A DNA stretch of 64,000 nt from Caldisericia bacterium (lineage in GTDB: Bacteria; Caldisericota; Caldisericia; JAAYUI01): positions 1,984,001 to 2,048,000 of the forward strand of contig OY771555.1 in NCBI GenBank assembly GCA_963674785.1, in the 5' to 3' direction. Positions 28,097-38,285 of this stretch are shown here, piece after piece. Below the pieces are notes generated by a model. The model searched no databases. It was given only the letters and a program-made list of their open reading frames with translations, and was not told where the DNA came from. How positions within the stretch are numbered: position 1 is the first letter of the stretch; each line of letters begins with the position of its first letter. Position numbers and translations under genes: made by a program.

Positions 28097-29128
28097 GTGA
28101 ATTCATTAGAGGAATACTTAAAAGAAGGCATAAAAAGTGTTGAAGAGAGACTTCAAAAATCCGCAATTGAACCGACGGAATCGGCAATTTCTCTCATAAA
28201 TAAAATAAGCGATAAATCACTTGAAACAGACGCAAAAGAATGGTTCAAGCGGATCATTCATTTAAGCCTGAACACACAAAAACACGGAAAACGTTTCAGG
28301 GCGAGATTGGTTCTAATCTTTTCTTGGATAAACAATCTACCCATTGAAACTGCAGTCTCAATGGGTGCATTTGTTGAGATAATTCAAACTGCAAGCCTTG
28401 TTCATGATGATGTTGTTGATGACGCAGACACAAGAAGAGGGAAGTCAACCGTAAGAGAATCAAACGGAAACAGGTTTGCGGTTCTGACTGGAGACTATCT
28501 TTTATCAATTGCCCTTCAAGAGTTATCCCACATTAATTGCCCTCAACTTTTTGGTCTGTTTTCAGAAGTTGTTTCCCAAATGACGCTTGGTGAGGCAATG
28601 GAACTCGAATGTATCAACAACTCAAAAAGGGATATTTCTCACTACTACTCGACAATCTCCCTAAAAACTGCTTCATTGATAGCCTTTTCTGTTTACGCGC
28701 CATTCGTGGTAAGCAACCAGGAGAAAAACACAATTGAGTTAATGAAATCGTTTGGTCTCAACATTGGGATGGCATTCCAGATAATTGATGACGTGCTTGA
28801 CTTTGTTGGCCCTGATGGCAAAAAGATTTTTAAAGATGTCGAACAGGGAATTGCAACATTGCCTGTTATCCTGCTTAAGATTGGAAACATATTTAGCCAA
28901 ACAAAGGATTCTTTGATGGAACTTATTCGAAACAACTCGACCCTAGAAGCCTCTGTTGAGAGAGCTAATAATCACTACAAACTCGCATTTGAAAAAATCC
29001 GTAAACTATCAAAAATGATTTCTAACGAAACCACAACACTCATAAGATCAATCAGCTATGAGATGTACGACAGATTACCAGAATACTTACAAACAAAAGA
29101 CAAGGAGCAGCTCAATGTACCAGTGTGA
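28097..29128 (+). CDS. Polyprenyl diphosphate synthase
   Basis: GKRFR, LVHDDVVDDADTRRG (FARM), KTA, FQIIDDVLD (SARM); GTG start 28097 inferred. Confidence 0.92.
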   Translation: MNSLEEYLKEGIKSVEERLQKSAIEPTESAISLINKISDKSLETDAKEWFKRIIHLSLNTQKHGKRFRARLVLIFSWINNLPIETAVSMGAFVEIIQTASLVHDDVVDDADTRRGKSTVRESNGNRFAVLTGDYLLSIALQELSHINCPQLFGLFSEVVSQMTLGEAMELECINNSKRDISHYYSTISLKTASLIAFSVYAPFVVSNQEKNTIELMKSFGLNIGMAFQIIDDVLDFVGPDGKKIFKDVEQGIATLPVILLKIGNIFSQTKDSLMELIRNNSTLEASVERANNHYKLAFEKIRKLSKMISNETTTLIRSISYEMYDRLPEYLQTKDKEQLNVPV

Positions 29129-29738
29129 AATCAATAATATCATCAAGAAGAACATTGAGGATGTATCGAACATTGAAATTAATACAGGTGTATCCTCAAG
29201 ACATGTTCATCTCTCAGAAGATCATGTGAAAGTGCTTTTCCCCGAAGGTCTTACAAAATATCGAGACCTATCCCAACCAGGACAATACGCCTGCAATGAG
29301 AAAGTAACTCTCGTAGGGCCAAAGAGTGAAATAAAGGGTGTCAGAATCCTTGGACCAACTCGTAAATCCACTCAGGTTGAAGTATCAAAGACTGATTCAT
29401 ACGCGCTTGGTGTTAAAGCACCAATCAGGATGTCTGGTGATTTGGCAGACACACCTGCAATAACTCTCAAAAGCCAATTCGGTGAAGTTGTATTAAATGA
29501 TGGTTTAATTATAGCTCAGAGGCATATCCACATGCACCCAAGCGATGCAGAAAAAGTCGGTGTTTCAGATAAAGACAACGTGTGGGTAATCGCCAATACT
29601 GAAAGACGGAGCATAATTGGGGAAGTGATTGTAAGAGTACATGAAAGTTATGCACTTGACTTTCATATTGATACTGACGAAGCAAATGCTTTTTCTCTCT
29701 CAAATGGAGATAAAGTAAAGATTGTGAGGAATGTTTGA
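29115..29738 (+). CDS. pduL: Phosphate propanoyltransferase/phosphotransacylase PduL
   Basis: VSSRHVHLS, LSQPGQYA, RILGPTR, RHIHM, HIDTDEANA; AAGGAG SD. Confidence 0.95.
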   Translation: MYQCEINNIIKKNIEDVSNIEINTGVSSRHVHLSEDHVKVLFPEGLTKYRDLSQPGQYACNEKVTLVGPKSEIKGVRILGPTRKSTQVEVSKTDSYALGVKAPIRMSGDLADTPAITLKSQFGEVVLNDGLIIAQRHIHMHPSDAEKVGVSDKDNVWVIANTERRSIIGEVIVRVHESYALDFHIDTDEANAFSLSNGDKVKIVRNV

Positions 29739-30970
29739 TGGCAGCAGAAAAAACTAGAAGACAGAGATTGGACAACGAAGACTCAAGTAGCTACACAATG
29801 AAATTCTATTCTCCTGAAAAGGAACCAGTCGACCTTTCAGCAAGAAAACAGATGACAATACTTACGGGCGTCAAGTATGCTCTCTTTGGAATTCTTTTGA
29901 TTCTTCTTTTTGTTACAGGCTCGAGATTTATCGGTGACAATGTTATTTCAGCAATGTATCCAAACAGATTCTACCCATGGTTTGGATTTGGAGCAATTCT
30001 CTTCCTTTTGATTTCAATTTTCACCTTCCCAATCGATTACTACAAAGACTACGTACTCGGAAAAAAATCTGGGTTCCACTCAATGTCATGGATTGATATT
30101 GTTGGAAGATGGGCGAGAAGAACATTTATCGACGCAATAAGTTTTGGTTTTATTTCATACATAATGTTCCTCGGATATTTTGATAAATTTATCTGGGATG
30201 CAGTAAGAATCGCCAAACATGCGGATTATATTGCGACCTCCGGATTAGTGGGTTATCTTTTAAGACTCACAATTCCAATCCTTGTATTCGGAATCATTTT
30301 AATTCCTGTCTGGTTATGGCTCAAAGACACCCTTCTTTTCTTTACAAGCTATGGATTCAGAAGAACAAAAAGATTCGATGAAAATGTTGCAAAAGTCAAA
30401 CTTCTTGGAAAAAGATATCATTGCACAATTCTTGGCACATATTACTATCATCTCTCAGGCGACTTCACAACTGAAACAAAACTTATCGGATTCTTTGGAT
30501 TATATTTTGTCTTCCTCCCGGGAACACTTTCAGGTAAATCAGCCCTGGTTGCCTCAGCATCAAAAGCTTTTGCAAACGCAAAAGGTATGCACGGAACTAT
30601 TAAAAACATTGTAAACTGGGTTATTTTTGGAGTTGGTATCTTCCTTTCAATGTACGGATTCCACCTTTCCTACAAGATTTTATATCCAAGACTCACTTGG
30701 CCATCTGAGACAGCTTTTACAGCTGACCCCTCGCTTGTTATGTGGATTATGTTTTTCATGGGCTTAGCATTTCTCCTTGCAACATTTATTAACAACAATC
30801 TTGGAAAGATCCTCGATAAATCATCAGATAAACTTGCGGAAAAAAACGGATTTGAAAGACTTGACGGTTACAAAAGACACAGAGAACTCGGTATGGGTTT
30901 TGATGAAAGCCGTGAACCGCTAACCAATCTATTCCTTATTGATAAAGCAAAACACGAAATATTTCAGTGA
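29735..30970 (+). CDS. Multi-TM membrane protein, Ste24/M48 CAAX-protease-like, lacking HExxH
   Basis: FPIDYYKDYVLGKKSGF resembles the M48 N-terminal domain; KAFAN lies where HELGH is expected. Confidence 0.5.
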   Translation: MMAAEKTRRQRLDNEDSSSYTMKFYSPEKEPVDLSARKQMTILTGVKYALFGILLILLFVTGSRFIGDNVISAMYPNRFYPWFGFGAILFLLISIFTFPIDYYKDYVLGKKSGFHSMSWIDIVGRWARRTFIDAISFGFISYIMFLGYFDKFIWDAVRIAKHADYIATSGLVGYLLRLTIPILVFGIILIPVWLWLKDTLLFFTSYGFRRTKRFDENVAKVKLLGKRYHCTILGTYYYHLSGDFTTETKLIGFFGLYFVFLPGTLSGKSALVASASKAFANAKGMHGTIKNIVNWVIFGVGIFLSMYGFHLSYKILYPRLTWPSETAFTADPSLVMWIMFFMGLAFLLATFINNNLGKILDKSSDKLAEKNGFERLDGYKRHRELGMGFDESREPLTNLFLIDKAKHEIFQ

Positions 30971-31485
30971 TAAGTTTTGGAATTATTCATCTCGACCCTG
31001 ATGATGTTCGCTTCGCAAAGAGCATCATCAGGGGGTCGGGTGCCTTTTTAATCAACACAAGAAAACACAGGATTCCAGATTCTGTTGTTATTTTTTCTTC
31101 AGGCAAAAAAGATTTCAACAACATTATCGAATCTGTTTCTGAAAAGATTTCTTCTATAAACAGAGTTTCTGAAATCAGAAATATTCGACCTGTTGTGATC
31201 GACACAATTTGTCCTGAACACTTTGAGCTACCAAAAAATATTGACACAGGTATCTTTGAAAGTCCAAATCTTGAGGTCATAATCTCATCGGCAAATGCTA
31301 TTTCAATGCTTGATGAAGTCACAATTATTCAAATCATTCTTTCAGGTAGTAACAATAAAAACTCTCGATTAATCCTTGCTGGCGACAAAAAAAGTATTGA
31401 TGAGTCTATCAATACAGCAATAGCAATCAACAGGTCAACCGGTCGAGTCATTGAAAAGTACGAGAAAGAAAACAGGAGCCAATGA
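30967..31485 (+). CDS. Divergent tandem BMC-domain (PduT-like) shell protein
   Basis: GIFE..VIISSANAI..VTIIQI..LILAGDKKSIDESIN resembles BMC consensus; NIRPVVIDTI resembles PduT linker NIHPSVLPAI. Confidence 0.5.
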   Translation: MISFGIIHLDPDDVRFAKSIIRGSGAFLINTRKHRIPDSVVIFSSGKKDFNNIIESVSEKISSINRVSEIRNIRPVVIDTICPEHFELPKNIDTGIFESPNLEVIISSANAISMLDEVTIIQIILSGSNNKNSRLILAGDKKSIDESINTAIAINRSTGRVIEKYEKENRSQ

Positions 31486-31955
31486 AGTATTTTTTTGCTC
31501 CATGGAGATACAAATTCATAAAAAGCAAAAAACCAAATCACTGCGTTTTCTGCCATGCTTTATCTGAGAACAACGATGAAACATATCACATCGTAAAGAG
31601 GGGAAAATACTCCTTTGTGATGTTGAATAAATTCCCATATACATCTGGTCATGTAATGGTTATTCCAAACAGACACACAAGTGACTTCTTGTCTTTATCA
31701 AACGAAGAAACCTTGGAGATTACAAACTTTATCAGGGAGTTTACAAAAGTCCTGAAAAAATCTTTCAACCCAGAGGGTTTTAATATTGGGATGAATATTG
31801 GAAAACCAGGTGGAGCAGGGATCGAAGACCATCTTCATGTACATATTGTTCCAAGATGGAATGGTGATAACAATTTCATGCCCGTGATTGGACAAACAAA
31901 AATACATCCGATTGATCTTGATACCGTATTTGAAATAATAAAAGAAAACCTCTAG
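31482..31955 (+). CDS. HIT family hydrolase (Ap4A phosphorylase-like)
   Basis: APWR, CVFC, NKFPY..GH, HLHVHIVPRW. Confidence 0.92.
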   Translation: MKYFFAPWRYKFIKSKKPNHCVFCHALSENNDETYHIVKRGKYSFVMLNKFPYTSGHVMVIPNRHTSDFLSLSNEETLEITNFIREFTKVLKKSFNPEGFNIGMNIGKPGGAGIEDHLHVHIVPRWNGDNNFMPVIGQTKIHPIDLDTVFEIIKENL

Positions 31956-32998
31956 TCGATTATAGGGAAACACTCAATAATTTTTCCAACTTCAAGTTCG
32001 AGCTTTTTTATATCCTTATACGAGAAAAATATCTCGTTGCTTATTCCAACCTTTTGCTCAATGGGCATGTCAAATCTTTTATCACCATAAACACATTTGA
32101 TTGAGTTGATATCTCTTCCCAACGATTGTTGTTTCCAAATCTCGACCACCAAACTATCAATAACTGCTGCACCAGGTTTTGATGTAATCCTGCCATTGTT
32201 TTGAACGGTAAGCTTTACAGGTTTAACAGATAATGATAACTCGAGAGCTTTTATAATGTTCCATGGTTCAATAATCTGACCAGAGGCGTTTGTCAAAACC
32301 ATCTTCTTTTTTAGAATGATTTTCATGATTATGGTGACAAGCTTTTCCAAGTTCATATTAATTTTTGAAATCAACTCAAAAACGGAAATTCCATCAATTA
32401 TATGCCAAAAGACTTGAGTTTCTTCCTGACTTAATCCAACCCTGATTGGTTTAGGGAAAAGGAACAGGTTTTCAACGGACTCGCTTTGAACCGCCTTTAT
32501 CAAACCCTCAAGCATCAATTCCTCAAGGGATGAGATTAACTCAGCAGTTGATCCACTGTATAGCGTTTGGATTCGAGAGAATAACTCACCACTTCCAATT
32601 ATGTTCAAGATCGTCCATTTTTTGACATCGTAGGTATCAGTTTCAACTTTTTTATTTGAATTCGGAGAAATGATTGAATTCTTGTCGATAGACACCCCTG
32701 TCTTATTTCTGGAGGTTAGAAAAAGATCGAGTTCACTTATTTCGTCCATAGATAAATTTGACTTCACATCAGGTCTAGATTCAAATCGAAAACTTGGTGA
32801 TGAGACTTTCCTGATAAGGTTAACAGCCTTTGATCCTTCATCCAATCGTGAAACTGCTCCAACAATCTCACCATCCTTAAAATGAAGCTCCCCAGACTCT
32901 CCTTCCTCATCAAGAAAAAGAATCCCAGTCTCCATTTTTCCGTGTAATAGCTTCACTAATACGGAATAGTCTCTATTCTCAATTTTACCTGCAAGCAT
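31952..32998 (-). CDS. DUF4388 (PATAN-like) domain protein
   Basis: MLAGKI..L..TGIL..GELHFKDGEIVGA. Confidence 0.75.
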   Translation of the reverse strand: MLAGKIENRDYSVLVKLLHGKMETGILFLDEEGESGELHFKDGEIVGAVSRLDEGSKAVNLIRKVSSPSFRFESRPDVKSNLSMDEISELDLFLTSRNKTGVSIDKNSIISPNSNKKVETDTYDVKKWTILNIIGSGELFSRIQTLYSGSTAELISSLEELMLEGLIKAVQSESVENLFLFPKPIRVGLSQEETQVFWHIIDGISVFELISKINMNLEKLVTIIMKIILKKKMVLTNASGQIIEPWNIIKALELSLSVKPVKLTVQNNGRITSKPGAAVIDSLVVEIWKQQSLGRDINSIKCVYGDKRFDMPIEQKVGISNEIFFSYKDIKKLELEVGKIIECFPIID

Positions 32999-33139
32999 CG
33001 CAATAAAATATTATCAAATGTAATTAAAATGTCAAATATTAACAAATATATAATGTTTGGGCAAAACGTTCTTGACTCTAACAACGAAGATTGAATAATT
33101 TAATCCTGGTGTTATCATTTGAACCACAAAGGAGGACAA

Positions 33140-34258
33140 ATGAAGGCAGTAGTCAAGACACATCCAAAGCTTGGTGCGCAACTACAAAATGTTGATAAAA
33201 AGTTTGAACTTTTACCTGGTTGGGTATTAATAAAAATTATAGCAACCTCGATTTGTGGAACAGACGTCCACATATGGAACTGGGACAACTGGTCTCAAGG
33301 TCGAATCGGCGAAAAGAATCTTCCCCAGATACTTGGTCACGAATTTGCCGGAGAAGTTGTTGAAGTTGGGCCGTATTGCAACATGGTAAAAGTGGGGGAT
33401 TTTGTTTCCAGTGAGACCCACATCTACGATGATGCCGATCTTACTGCACAGCTTGGGCAAAAGCACATCGGAAAAAACATGAGTATCGTTGGAGTTGATA
33501 TCGATGGGTGTTTTGCCGAATACATAACTGTACCCGAGAAAGTTCTTTGGAAAAATGACAAATCTGTTGCCCCAGAGTTAGCATGCATCCAGGAACCATT
33601 GGGAAATGCAGCATATGCCGTTCTTGGTGAAGATAACGATGTTTACGGAAAGACCCTTATGTTAACAGGAGATGGTCCAGTTTCTCTCTTTGCAGTGGGT
33701 GTTGCAAAAGCTGCTGGGGCTTCAAAGGTCATTCAACTTGGAATGGCTGAAAAGAATATGGAAATCGGCAAAAAGATGGGTGCCGACATCCAGATTTTTG
33801 TAAACAAAACAACTCCTGATGAGATTCATGAGATAGTCATGGATGCAACAAACGGATGGGGTGTTGATATTGCCCTTGAGATGGTTGGATATCAAAACTC
33901 AATCGATGCTTGTTTTAAAAATGTCAGACTTGGTGGACGTGTAACAGCCTTTGGCGTCTCTCCTAACAGTGTTTCAAACATCGACTACAATAATGGAGTT
34001 GTGTTCAAAGGTGTTCAAATACATGGAGTTAATGGCAGGAAAATCTTTGACACTTGGTATCGAAATGGACAGATGCTTGCAGCAGGAAGAATTGATCCAA
34101 CCCCGGTCATTACACATATACTTCCACTTGAAGACTTCGAAAATGGATTCAACATGATCACGGGGAATCCAAGAACTGCGGCAAAGGTAGTCATGTTCCC
34201 AGACAAAAACGAATATGAAGCAGCAATAAAGAGACAAAAGACAAGAGGAGGAGAGTAA
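33140..34258 (+). CDS. tdh: L-threonine 3-dehydrogenase (MDR family)
   Basis: [33 protein letters not shown]; upstream of kbl. Confidence 0.88.
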   Translation: MKAVVKTHPKLGAQLQNVDKKFELLPGWVLIKIIATSICGTDVHIWNWDNWSQGRIGEKNLPQILGHEFAGEVVEVGPYCNMVKVGDFVSSETHIYDDADLTAQLGQKHIGKNMSIVGVDIDGCFAEYITVPEKVLWKNDKSVAPELACIQEPLGNAAYAVLGEDNDVYGKTLMLTGDGPVSLFAVGVAKAAGASKVIQLGMAEKNMEIGKKMGADIQIFVNKTTPDEIHEIVMDATNGWGVDIALEMVGYQNSIDACFKNVRLGGRVTAFGVSPNSVSNIDYNNGVVFKGVQIHGVNGRKIFDTWYRNGQMLAAGRIDPTPVITHILPLEDFENGFNMITGNPRTAAKVVMFPDKNEYEAAIKRQKTRGGE

Positions 34259-34260
34259 TT

Positions 34261-35511
34261 ATGTCATTTAAGAAGGCAAAAGCTTTTTTCGAATCAGAAC
34301 TCAAAGAAATCAAGGAAGCTGGATTATATAAAGACGAAAGGATAATAACAACCGCACAGGCTGGTCCAGTCAAAGTAAAATTCCCAGAAAATGCTCCCGA
34401 GACAAACCAGATCAATTTTTGTGCGAATAACTATCTTGGACTCTCTTCACATCCAGAGATTTTAAAAGCTGCCCATGCTGGACTAGATTCTCATGGTTAC
34501 GGAATGTCATCAGTCAGGTTTATCTGTGGGACACAGGACATTCACAAAGAACTCGAAAGAAAAATGTCAGCATTCCTTGAAACTGACGATACAATCCTTT
34601 ATTCATCTTGTTTTGATGCAAATGGTGGTCTCTTTGAAACCATCCTTAAAAAAGAGGATGCAATCATTACTGATGAACTCAATCACGCATCAATCATTGA
34701 TGGAATAAGACTTTGCAAAGCCCAGAGATACATCTACAAACATGCTGACATGGAAGACCTTGAGGCAAAACTGAAAGAGGCAACCGATGCTGGTGCAAGA
34801 CACATAATGGTCGCCACCGATGGAGTTTTTTCGATGGATGGAGACATTGCAAAGCTCGACAAAATCTGTGATATTGCAGAAAAATATGATGCACTTGTGA
34901 TGGTTGATGATTCACATGCAACCGGTTTCATTGGTAAACATGGCAAAGGCACCCACGAACACAATGGTGTAATTGGAAGAGTTGACGTGATCACAACAAC
35001 ATTTGGAAAAGCTCTTGGTGGAGCTTCTGGTGGTTGCACATCAGGCAGAAAAGAAATCATCGACATGCTCAGACAACGCTCAAGACCATATCTTTTCTCA
35101 AATAGTATTCCTCCTGTTGTTGCAAATGCTGCAATCAAAGTCATTGATATTTTGAGTAAAACAACGGAGCGAAGAGACAAACTCGAAGAAAACACAAAAT
35201 ACTTCAGAGATAAAATGACTGAAGCAGGATTCGACATCACACCAGGAATTCATCCAATAGTTCCAATTATGCTTTATAACGCAAATCTGGCACAGAGCAT
35301 CAGCAAAGAGCTTTATGAGGACGGTATTTTTGCAATAGGATTCTTTTATCCTGTTGTCCAAAAAGGACAAGCAAGAATTAGAGTTCAGGTTTCAGCAGGA
35401 CATGAAAAAGAACATCTTGATAAAGCAATCGAAGTTTTCACAAAACTCGGCAAGAAATACGATATCCTCCATAAATCTAAAGATCAGATTATTGAAAAAT
35501 ACGGTCTTTGA
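34261..35511 (+). CDS. kbl: Glycine C-acetyltransferase (2-amino-3-ketobutyrate CoA ligase)
   Basis: [40 protein letters not shown]. Confidence 0.97.
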   Translation: MSFKKAKAFFESELKEIKEAGLYKDERIITTAQAGPVKVKFPENAPETNQINFCANNYLGLSSHPEILKAAHAGLDSHGYGMSSVRFICGTQDIHKELERKMSAFLETDDTILYSSCFDANGGLFETILKKEDAIITDELNHASIIDGIRLCKAQRYIYKHADMEDLEAKLKEATDAGARHIMVATDGVFSMDGDIAKLDKICDIAEKYDALVMVDDSHATGFIGKHGKGTHEHNGVIGRVDVITTTFGKALGGASGGCTSGRKEIIDMLRQRSRPYLFSNSIPPVVANAAIKVIDILSKTTERRDKLEENTKYFRDKMTEAGFDITPGIHPIVPIMLYNANLAQSISKELYEDGIFAIGFFYPVVQKGQARIRVQVSAGHEKEHLDKAIEVFTKLGKKYDILHKSKDQIIEKYGL

Positions 35512-35530
35512 TATTGAATAAAACTCATAG

Positions 35531-35569
35531 AAAAAACACCTCCCTCAAGGCTTGAGGGAGGTGTTTTTT
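35531..35569. terminator. Bidirectional intrinsic terminator
   Basis: AAAAAACACCTCCCTCAAG-G-CTTGAGGGAGGTGTTTTTT. Confidence 0.88.
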
Positions 35570-36374
35570 ATTGGAAAGACAAAAAAAGGTGATCTAAAAA
35601 ACCCTCAACGGTTAAAAGTCCTTTTTCAAGTTGATCAAGATATTTGTAATCGAATTTTACTAAAATCACATCTCCTGATGAGAGGTTTGTCATCAGGAGA
35701 TTTACTTTATCAATGTAAACATCTATTTCATCGGCTGCGATTTGAATACATATAAGCAGATCAGATAACTCATCCTGCCAAGAATCGAAACTGACAAGCT
35801 CAATATCCACTGAGAGATTCTTGGTCCCTTCAAAGTTGAAAAGATACTTTCTGTCGGTCCCAGGATGACTCACCTTATAAATCTCACCAAGAAAACTTAG
35901 AAACAATTCAGGTTTTGCTGCAGTGTTTATCATTTCTAACTTTGGTGTATTTCTCAAAATAACATCAACCCAAAAGCTTCTAACCGAAACATCGCCACTT
36001 TTCAGTTCTTCAAACTTTGAAACCTCAACAATATATGTTGTTTTCCAGTTGCCGCTGCATACCTCAAGCCTAATGGATTTAAAACTATGTTTTGTCTCAT
36101 TAAGTTTTTCAACAAGTCTGTTGGAAACCTCAAAAGCTGTCAAAAAGCATTCAGTTTCTTGGGACTCATCGGCAATCTCTACCCTTACATCAAGCATCTC
36201 ATGATCGGTTGGATTCTGCGATATATTTACCCCAGGATAATCAAGTTTTAAAACAGAAACATCAGACACAATATTTCCAGAGCTTATTCTTTGCCTTCCT
36301 GAGATAAATCCGAGTGACCCAAACAAAAGAATTAAAGCAACTAATGCATAGAATGAGAAACGTTTCAACTCCAT
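35568..36374 (-). CDS. Hypothetical exported/membrane-anchored protein
   Basis: N-terminal hydrophobic segment; 268-aa ORF with its own promoter-like sequence. Confidence 0.7.
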   Translation of the reverse strand: MELKRFSFYALVALILLFGSLGFISGRQRISSGNIVSDVSVLKLDYPGVNISQNPTDHEMLDVRVEIADESQETECFLTAFEVSNRLVEKLNETKHSFKSIRLEVCSGNWKTTYIVEVSKFEELKSGDVSVRSFWVDVILRNTPKLEMINTAAKPELFLSFLGEIYKVSHPGTDRKYLFNFEGTKNLSVDIELVSFDSWQDELSDLLICIQIAADEIDVYIDKVNLLMTNLSSGDVILVKFDYKYLDQLEKGLLTVEGFLDHLFLSFQ

Positions 36375-36564
36375 CAGAGAAGATTTTACAGGATTTTTTG
36401 ATAAGTATCAAATCTCTTCCGAAACAATCTTCGTATAAAAACAATCTTAGAAACTGGAAAGCAGTTTTCTAATGCCCAAATTTGATATTTTACCCAAACT
36501 TCACGGCACTTTGTTGTGTAGTTTCATTGAATTAATAGAATAAATGAATCAAAGGAGGTTCAAT

Positions 36565-37563
36565 ATGAAGAAAGCTATATTGGCACTTGCACTCATTCTC
36601 GTCGTTGGTATCGTAATCGGTATGACACCAGTCGCCGGTGGATGCGGTTTGTTTGATAAAGTTGGAAGAACATTTGTGTTTCAGCCAGTCGCAAATTATA
36701 AACCACACCAGGTAGATGGTCTACCACACGCTGACAATCATTCGCATTATCAGTTTGATAATGTAACTGGCAAAGATCAGAAATTCACTGGTGTTTGTTA
36801 CTATCTTGGTCCGGACAAATCTTGGGATGAATACTGGAGCATCGTTCAGTTCTGCTTCTCAGATGCATGCTATTTCCCAGGTGTACCAGGTGAAACAGGC
36901 TCAGCAATCAAAAACAACTCTCCTGAGGCAATGACTGCACAGTTTGCCCCTCCAGGTACCTCAGATGAGGCAAAATTTGGTAAATTTGGAACAGGTAAGG
37001 TTGAGGTTTATCCAACTGCAGACAAGGACTGCAAAGGCACAATGTACATTGCAGGCATCCATATTCCATTTACAAAAATCTCGCTTAAGATTGACGATGC
37101 AGACATGGTGGTCGAAAAATGCACAGAGTGGAGAAAAACCGGAAGACCATACGAAGGCAGATACCCACTTGTCGCAGAAACAAAAAAACTTGACCAGGCT
37201 GCAACAATCGTTAGTGGCAGAACATACATCCCACTTCGTGCACTTGCCGATGAAATGTACTCAGAAGTTGGTTGGGAAGCCTCAACAAGAACAGCATCAT
37301 TTACAATTAGCGAAGGAAACTGCTACTACAAGATGGCTCTCCAGATTGATAACGACACTGCAACCTGCACACTTAAAGCAGGAGATGGCAAGGTTTTGAC
37401 AGACAAAATCAAAATGTCAGCACCAGCAATCATCATGAACGGAAGAACACTTGTTCCAGTCAGATCACTTGGTGAAGAACTCATGGGTGGAGAAATCCTT
37501 TGGGATGGCGACACAAAAACAGTCACACTCTACCTTCCTCCACGTGAACATACAGAAGACTAG
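36565..37563 (+). CDS. Secreted protein with C-terminal copper amine oxidase N-terminal (stalk) domain
   Basis: Signal peptide MKKAILAL; GRTYIPLR and GRTLVPVR repeats; GGAGG SD. Confidence 0.88.
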   Translation: MKKAILALALILVVGIVIGMTPVAGGCGLFDKVGRTFVFQPVANYKPHQVDGLPHADNHSHYQFDNVTGKDQKFTGVCYYLGPDKSWDEYWSIVQFCFSDACYFPGVPGETGSAIKNNSPEAMTAQFAPPGTSDEAKFGKFGTGKVEVYPTADKDCKGTMYIAGIHIPFTKISLKIDDADMVVEKCTEWRKTGRPYEGRYPLVAETKKLDQAATIVSGRTYIPLRALADEMYSEVGWEASTRTASFTISEGNCYYKMALQIDNDTATCTLKAGDGKVLTDKIKMSAPAIIMNGRTLVPVRSLGEELMGGEILWDGDTKTVTLYLPPREHTED

Positions 37564-37593
37564 TAGAAGCTAAATCACATATAATTTGGAATC

Positions 37594-37625
37594 AAAACCG
37601 GTCAGATTTTCTGACCGGTTTTTTT
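37594..37625 (+). terminator. Intrinsic terminator
   Basis: AAAACCGGTCAGA-TTT-TCTGACCGGTTTTTTT. Confidence 0.85.
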
Positions 37626-37670
37626 ATTGCTTAACCACATTCGTTGGTTTTTCTGGTATCTATATACCTC

Positions 37671-38285
37671 ATGAGAATTAAATATTTTTTGATACTTTTC
37701 CTTGTTATGGCAATGATTTCAGGATGCGGAGAGGTTGAAAGGGAGATAATCGTTGAAACTGATGTAAGTCAACCTGAGCATCAAAAAAAGCTCGAGTCCA
37801 CATCAATTACCGATAGAGAAAAAAAGATAATCGAGTCTGGTGGATATGAGAGAAAAAAATTCCCTGCCGTCAGACCACTTTTTACGGAGTCGACTGATTG
37901 GACAATTAAGTTCGAGAACAATACCTACAAAATCTCACTCACAGGTGGCAGAGGAGAAATTGAAATAAAACCCATTAAACCTGATACAGATGATCCAATG
38001 AAATGGATAGATGAAAAGATGGCTGAGCTTTCTAGTATGGGTTACTACTTCGCAAAAAAAGCATATGCTGATAATCTTGCAGTGGCTGCAGATAATAGAG
38101 ATGCAAGAATGTTGATGGAAGAAGATTTTGAAAAATACTTTGACCCAAATGTTGTAACAATAACAGGCTTTTTTGGCAATATCGACTCCATCTGGCAGAT
38201 GAATGGTTACATAAAAAATGAAATGGACTACAACCTAGTTATTCAGCTTACTGAAGGGTCAACACAGATACCTTGGGAAGAGTAG
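37671..38285 (+). CDS. Hypothetical lipoprotein
   Basis: MRIKYFLILFLVMAMISGC lipobox. Confidence 0.75.
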   Translation: MRIKYFLILFLVMAMISGCGEVEREIIVETDVSQPEHQKKLESTSITDREKKIIESGGYERKKFPAVRPLFTESTDWTIKFENNTYKISLTGGRGEIEIKPIKPDTDDPMKWIDEKMAELSSMGYYFAKKAYADNLAVAADNRDARMLMEEDFEKYFDPNVVTITGFFGNIDSIWQMNGYIKNEMDYNLVIQLTEGSTQIPWEE

